Of a DNA stretch of 64,000 nt, positions 59,002 through 64,000 are shown piece after piece. A program made the position numbers and the translations under genes. This stretch comes from an uncultured Planktomarina sp. (GTDB lineage: Bacteria > Pseudomonadota > Alphaproteobacteria > Rhodobacterales > Rhodobacteraceae): the NCBI RefSeq assembly GCF_905181815.1, contig NZ_CAJIZA010000005.1; one strand, 5' to 3'. The notes below the pieces were generated by a model that saw only the letters and a program-made list of their open reading frames with translations, was not told the origin of the DNA and ran no database searches. How positions within the stretch are numbered: the stretch's first letter is position 1; every line of letters starts with the position of its first letter.

Positions 59002-59592
59002 TTATAACTCATCATGGTGGCCGGCTTTGACCCTGTAAACCACCCCCTGCCCGCTCGGCAAATCTGCCAAGCGATCAAGCCCCCAACTGAGCGCGCACAA
59101 GCGCAAACACAGCGACGTCATCCCGTGGGTGACCAGAACCGTTGGCCCAGTAAGCTGGGCCAAGAATGCGCCGCAGCGGTCGTAAAGCCGCGCGATGCCT
59201 TCCCCGCCGGGAGCCCAGTCATAAAACTGCGTTTGCCCGAGGTCTTGAAGGCTACTCTTTCTTTCTGCCGCAATCTCAGCGCGGGTGGTTCCAGCCCAAG
59301 CCCCCATGCCGATTTCCATCAACTCCGCTGAGGTTTCGATCTCCGCTGCAATACCCGCCAGGGCAATTTGAGCAGTTGTGCGCGCACGTCCCTGGGGACT
59401 GGTGATAAAACGGAAACCCGCCAAATCATAGGCCTGCAGAATTTCATTCTGCCGATGTGCTTGGCGCAGGCCTTTTTCGGTTAAAGGACTGTCAAAATGA
59501 CCTTGCAGGCGCCCTGCAGCATTCCACTCTGTTTGCCCATGGCGCAGGACCAGCACGTCAGCACAGGATGGGATGATCTGCGCAGCGCTCAT
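59002..59592 (-). CDS. histidine phosphatase-family protein (phosphoglycerate mutase/CobC-like)
   Basis: LVLRHGQTEWN catalytic RHG motif. Confidence 0.85.
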   Translation of the reverse strand: MSAAQIIPSCADVLVLRHGQTEWNAAGRLQGHFDSPLTEKGLRQAHRQNEILQAYDLAGFRFITSPQGRARTTAQIALAGIAAEIETSAELMEIGMGAWAGTTRAEIAAERKSSLQDLGQTQFYDWAPGGEGIARLYDRCGAFLAQLTGPTVLVTHGMTSLCLRLCALSWGLDRLADLPSGQGVVYRVKAGHHDEL

Positions 59593-59680
59593 TGGGCGCC
59601 CACCGCCGCGAATAATCCAAAAAGGACAGGCGAAGTCAACGACGCCCCAGCTCGCCCACTGAGGCGCCTTTGGACTTTAC

Positions 59681-62089
59681 TCAATGAGCAGTGAGGCTAG
59701 CGGCGCTGCCACGCTCTGCCGCAAGGGCGGCCGCGGCTGCATCCTCTGCCGCCTCATCCCACTCAATCGGCTCAGGGACAGATATCAAAGCGTGTTTCAA
59801 CACCTCTGACACATGGCTGACAGGAATGATCTCCAACCCATCCCTGACGCTTTTGGGCAAATCGCGCAGGTCTTTCTCATTCTCAGCTGGAATCAGCACG
59901 GTTTTGATACCTCCGCGCAGAGCCGCCAGGAGCTTCTCTTTCAATCCACCAATCGGCAGGGCATTGCCGCGCAATGTCACCTCGCCAGTCATGGCGATAT
60001 CTTTTTTCACAGGAATGCCGGTCAACACAGAGACAATCGACACCACCATCGCCAGGCCCGCCGACGGACCATCCTTCGGCGTCGCCCCTTCGGGCACGTG
60101 CACGTGGATGTCCATCTTGTCAAACCGGGGCGGCTTGACCCCTATCTCGGGTGAAATGGACCGCACATAAGAGCTGGCCGCATCGATACTCTCTTTCATC
60201 ACATCGCCCAAAGTCCCGGTGGTCTTCATCCGGCCTTTGCCGGGCAGGCGCAGCGCTTCGATATGCAGCAGATCGCCGCCAACACTGGTATAGGCCAGAC
60301 CAGTCACGACCCCCACCTGGTGATCATCTTCAGCCAAACCGTAACGATATTTCTTAACGCCGAGGTAGTCATCGAGGTTTTCAACCGAAATTTTGACGTT
60401 CTCAACCTCTTTTTTGACGATTTTGGTGACAGCTTTGCGGGCCAATTTGCCAATCTCACGCTCCAAATTCCGCACACCCGCCTCACGGGTATAGGTGCGG
60501 ATCATCTCTTGCAGCGCCTCAGGCTCTAAATAGAATTCAGAGGCCTTCAGCCCGTGGTTTTTAACCTGCTTCGGAATCAAATGCCGATGTGCTATCTCAG
60601 CCTTTTCTTCTTCAGTGTAACCCGCCAGGGGAATGATTTCCATGCGGTCCAGCAACGGGCCTGGCATGTTATAACTGTTGGACGTGGTCAAGAACATCAC
60701 ATCCGACAGATCATATTCGACTTCCAGATAATGATCGACGAAGGTTGCGTTCTGCTCTGGATCCAACACCTCCAACATAGCAGAGGCGGGATCGCCTCGG
60801 AAATCTTGACCCATTTTGTCAATCTCATCCAACAGGATCAGCGGATTAGTGGTTTTGGCTTTTTTCAATGCTTGGATAATTTTACCTGGCATCGAGCCAA
60901 TGTAAGTCCGGCGGTGACCGCGAATTTCGCTTTCATCACGTACCCCGCCCAAAGAGATGCGAATAAATTCGCGCCCGGTGGCTTTGGCAACGGATTTTCC
61001 AAGCGAGGTTTTTCCCACGCCAGGAGGGCCGACCAAACACATGATGGGGCCTTTTAATTTGCGCGAACGCTGTTGCACGGCAAGATATTCGACAATGCGC
61101 TCCTTGACCTTCTCCAAACCATAATGATCGTCATCCAGATTCTTCTGTGCTTTTGTAAGGTCTTTCTTTACTCGGCTGCGCACACCCCAAGGCAGGGACA
61201 ACATCCAATCAAGATAATTGCGCACGACGGTCGCCTCTGCTGACATAGGGGACATATTCTTGAGCTTCTTCAACTCAGCGGCCGCTTTGTCAGAGGCTTC
61301 CTTGGACAATTTTGTTTCTGCAATTTTGGCCTCCAGCTCGGCCAATTCGCCTTCGCCTTCTTCCCCTTCGCCCAATTCTTTTTGAATGGCTTTCATTTGC
61401 TCATTCAAATAATATTCGCGCTGGGTATTCTCCATCTGGGTTTTGACCCGCGACTTGATCTTTTTCTCAACTTTCAGCACGGACATTTCGCCCTGCATCA
61501 GACCGTAGACTTTCTCCAAACGATCCGCCACGCAAAGCAGTTCCAAAAGCTCCTGCTTTTGCTCAACCTCAACGCCAAGATGTCCAGAGGCCAGATCGGC
61601 CAACTTGCTTGAATTGCGGGTCTCGGCAATAGCCGACAGCGCCTCCTCAGGCACGTTTTTCTTAACTTTGGCATAGAGCTCAAATTCCGACGACACCGAA
61701 CGCACCAAGGCTGTGACCATGTCCTCATCGCCTTGCGTCTCCTCCAAAAGCCTGGCCTCAGCTTCAAAATATGACTCATTGCCGTTGAAGCGATCAATCT
61801 GAACACGGGCTCGACCTTCGACCAGAACTTTTACCGTGCCATCAGGAAGTTTTAACAGCTGCAAAACATTGGCCAAAACACCGACCCGGAAAATACCATC
61901 TTCAGAAGGATCATCCTCCCCGGGATCACGCTGCGAGGACAGCAAAATTTGCTTGTCTTGCGTCATCACCTGCTCAAGCGCGCGCACAGATTTGTCGCGC
62001 CCAACAAACAGCGGCACGATCATATGTGGAAACACAACGATGTCGCGCAGCGGCAATACAGGGTAACTATCGGCTAAATTCAAAGTCAT
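59681..62089 (-). CDS. lon: ATP-dependent Lon protease
   Basis: 802 aa. Walker A GPPGVGKTS and catalytic PKDGPSAG. Confidence 0.97.
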   Translation of the reverse strand: MTLNLADSYPVLPLRDIVVFPHMIVPLFVGRDKSVRALEQVMTQDKQILLSSQRDPGEDDPSEDGIFRVGVLANVLQLLKLPDGTVKVLVEGRARVQIDRFNGNESYFEAEARLLEETQGDEDMVTALVRSVSSEFELYAKVKKNVPEEALSAIAETRNSSKLADLASGHLGVEVEQKQELLELLCVADRLEKVYGLMQGEMSVLKVEKKIKSRVKTQMENTQREYYLNEQMKAIQKELGEGEEGEGELAELEAKIAETKLSKEASDKAAAELKKLKNMSPMSAEATVVRNYLDWMLSLPWGVRSRVKKDLTKAQKNLDDDHYGLEKVKERIVEYLAVQQRSRKLKGPIMCLVGPPGVGKTSLGKSVAKATGREFIRISLGGVRDESEIRGHRRTYIGSMPGKIIQALKKAKTTNPLILLDEIDKMGQDFRGDPASAMLEVLDPEQNATFVDHYLEVEYDLSDVMFLTTSNSYNMPGPLLDRMEIIPLAGYTEEEKAEIAHRHLIPKQVKNHGLKASEFYLEPEALQEMIRTYTREAGVRNLEREIGKLARKAVTKIVKKEVENVKISVENLDDYLGVKKYRYGLAEDDHQVGVVTGLAYTSVGGDLLHIEALRLPGKGRMKTTGTLGDVMKESIDAASSYVRSISPEIGVKPPRFDKMDIHVHVPEGATPKDGPSAGLAMVVSIVSVLTGIPVKKDIAMTGEVTLRGNALPIGGLKEKLLAALRGGIKTVLIPAENEKDLRDLPKSVRDGLEIIPVSHVSEVLKHALISVPEPIEWDEAAEDAAAAALAAERGSAASLTAH

Positions 62090-62161
62090 TTTCGTTCCTT
62101 AACTGTGGCAGGCATGGAGCGAATCCCAATCAGGCAACTCGACCAACCCCTATCTTGCTAC

Positions 62162-62192
62162 ATAACTGGGGCGCAACCGCCTCAATTTCAAG
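62162..62192 (-). promoter_or_regulatory. candidate sigma32 (heat-shock) promoter of lon
   Basis: Minus strand reads CTTGAAA, then 14 nt, then CCCCAGTT(AT). The -35 is exact and the -10 matches 7 of 8 positions of CTTGAAA/CCCCATNT. About 70 nt upstream of the lon ATG. Confidence 0.45.
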
Positions 62193-62365
62193 ACCCTATG
62201 TAACCTGCCTGCACAATCTAAGAAGTGCAAGCGGTGAGCTTTCAATAAGTTTAAATATTGCATTTTTAGTAGATATTAAATCACCAACACCCCGACGTCC
62301 CAGGCTATCTATTTGCAGGCACCAGCCCCGCGCGATACCGTGAGGTGATTTTGAAAGGTGTTACA

Positions 62366-62854
62366 ATGCGATTTGCCCTTAGTATTGTGCTACTCACTGC
62401 ACTGGCCAGCTGTGCACCACCTTTGCCCATTACAGATTACATCATGGATGCCCGCAGTCCGAATGCCAAAATCACCACTCAGCCACTGCGGTTTGATGTC
62501 ATCACGGTCCGCAGCTTCGTGGCGGGCAATCACCAAGAGCGGCCGGGCGCGCGCTGCCATATCTTCACGCCAGATCAGCGCCTATCGGCCACCTTTCAAA
62601 CTCCAGCGCAAGTGCGCGTGCCGCTCTACAGCGGTGCGCCCGCGCCAATAAATGGGTATTGCCGCCTGCCGGGCACAAATCTAGCGGCACGCTTTACGCT
62701 CGAAGCCGTAAATCGATCTGAACAAAAAAACGAAGGGGTGCGGCTCACAGTGAGCCACGGTGGACCGCGCATTGGCGCCACGATTTCCCTACGTGACCGC
62801 AGCAAAGACCGCTATGCCTATCCGGCGAAGCCGCGCATCACATTGGCACTGTAA
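62366..62854 (+). CDS. lipoprotein of unknown function
   Basis: MRFALSIVLLTALASC lipobox. Confidence 0.65.
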   Translation: MRFALSIVLLTALASCAPPLPITDYIMDARSPNAKITTQPLRFDVITVRSFVAGNHQERPGARCHIFTPDQRLSATFQTPAQVRVPLYSGAPAPINGYCRLPGTNLAARFTLEAVNRSEQKNEGVRLTVSHGGPRIGATISLRDRSKDRYAYPAKPRITLAL

Positions 62855-62865
62855 ACGCCTCTTCA

Positions 62866-63996
62866 CTACAAAGGCTCAATATCGCCCAAAGCCCGCTGTG
62901 CATGGAACTGGCTTTCAAATTCGGCAAAATCATCTACCGAAATCGCATCGCGCATCTGCTGCATAATTTCTTGAAAATAATGCAAATTGTGCCAGGTCAG
63001 CAGCATGGAGCTGATAATCTCCTGACTGCGGAAAACATGGTGTAAATAGGCGCGCGAATAATTGCTGCAGGCCGGGCAGCTACAGGCCTCGTCCAAGGGC
63101 CGTGGGTCATCTTGGTGACGCGCATTTTTAATATTAACCACGCCCCGGCGGGTGAATACCTGCCCTGTGCGACCCGAACGGCTGGGCAAAACACAATCCA
63201 TCATATCAATGCCACGCTTCACGGCACCAACGATGTCATCCGGCTTGCCAACACCCATCAAATATCGCGGCTTGTCCTCGGGCATTTGATCGGGCGCAAA
63301 GTCAAGCACGTCGAACATGGCCTGTTGCCCCTCACCCACCGCCAGGCCACCAACCGCATAACCTTCAAAGCCAATGGCCTTGAGCGCATCGGCACTTTCG
63401 CCGCGCAATTGCTCATCCAAACCGCCCTGCTGAATGCCAAATAAAGCATGACCCGGACGGTCGCCAAATGCCTCGCGAGAGCGCCCGGCCCATCGCATCG
63501 ACATGCGCATCGACCGGGTAATTTCGTCGCGTTCTGCCGGCAAAGCCGGGCATTCATCGAAACACATCACGATATCACTGCCCAATAGCCGTTGAATCTC
63601 CATCGAGCGCTCGGGCGTAAGATGATGCTTAGAGCCATCAATATGCGACTTAAACGTCACCCCGTCTTCGCTCATCTTGCGCAGGCTGGACAAGCTCATC
63701 ACCTGAAACCCACCACTATCCGTCAAAATTGGACGCTCCCAATTCATAAACTTGTGCAACCCGCCCAGCCGATCAATCCGCTCTGCGGTTGGGCGCAACA
63801 TCAAATGATAGGTATTGCCCAGCAATATGTCCGCCCCAGTTTGGCGCACAGAGCTAGGTAGCATAGCCTTGACCGTGGCCGCCGTTCCAACGGGCATAAA
63901 GGCCGGCGTGCGGATCTCGCCGCGCGGGGTGTGGATGGTGCCAGCCCGGGCCTTGCCTGAGCGCGCATGCAATTGGAATGAGAATTTTTCTGTCAT
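62866..63996 (-). CDS. tgt: tRNA-guanine transglycosylase
   Basis: 376 aa. [15 protein letters not shown] and CxCxxC zinc motif (CSCPAC). Confidence 0.95.
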   Translation of the reverse strand: MTEKFSFQLHARSGKARAGTIHTPRGEIRTPAFMPVGTAATVKAMLPSSVRQTGADILLGNTYHLMLRPTAERIDRLGGLHKFMNWERPILTDSGGFQVMSLSSLRKMSEDGVTFKSHIDGSKHHLTPERSMEIQRLLGSDIVMCFDECPALPAERDEITRSMRMSMRWAGRSREAFGDRPGHALFGIQQGGLDEQLRGESADALKAIGFEGYAVGGLAVGEGQQAMFDVLDFAPDQMPEDKPRYLMGVGKPDDIVGAVKRGIDMMDCVLPSRSGRTGQVFTRRGVVNIKNARHQDDPRPLDEACSCPACSNYSRAYLHHVFRSQEIISSMLLTWHNLHYFQEIMQQMRDAISVDDFAEFESQFHAQRALGDIEPL

Positions 63997-64000
63997 GGGC

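Overview
This looks like a chromosomal segment of an alphaproteobacterium. Gene content and order resemble Rhodobacterales (roseobacter group), but that is inference only. Most of the window is housekeeping: the hisBHAFE operon, cobT/cobS/cobQ, a carD-fdxA-S4-helicase block, pepF, rpoH, metR-metF, valS, efp, tolC-pcm, lon and tgt. There are four tRNAs: Gly-GCC, Tyr-GUA, Leu-UAA and Val-UAC. One visibly AT-rich accessory island (about 27.8-35.8 kb) ends at the 3' end of tRNA-Leu. It carries small stress/detox-type genes, a serine-recombinase remnant, and two families of intergenic repeats laid out like cassette boundaries. No intact recombinase is present. At least nine reading frames are disrupted. 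Essential valS carries two separate +1 frameshifts. Two genes carry in-frame nonsense codons: 3x TAA, and nothing else, in a PhyH-family dioxygenase that overlaps an intact HD-domain (PhnZ-like) gene, and 2x TAG plus a 5' frameshift in a glutathione peroxidase. I saw no rRNA, CRISPR array, intact transposase or integrase. All calls come from reading the ORF translations and the DNA by eye. No database search or computation was run.
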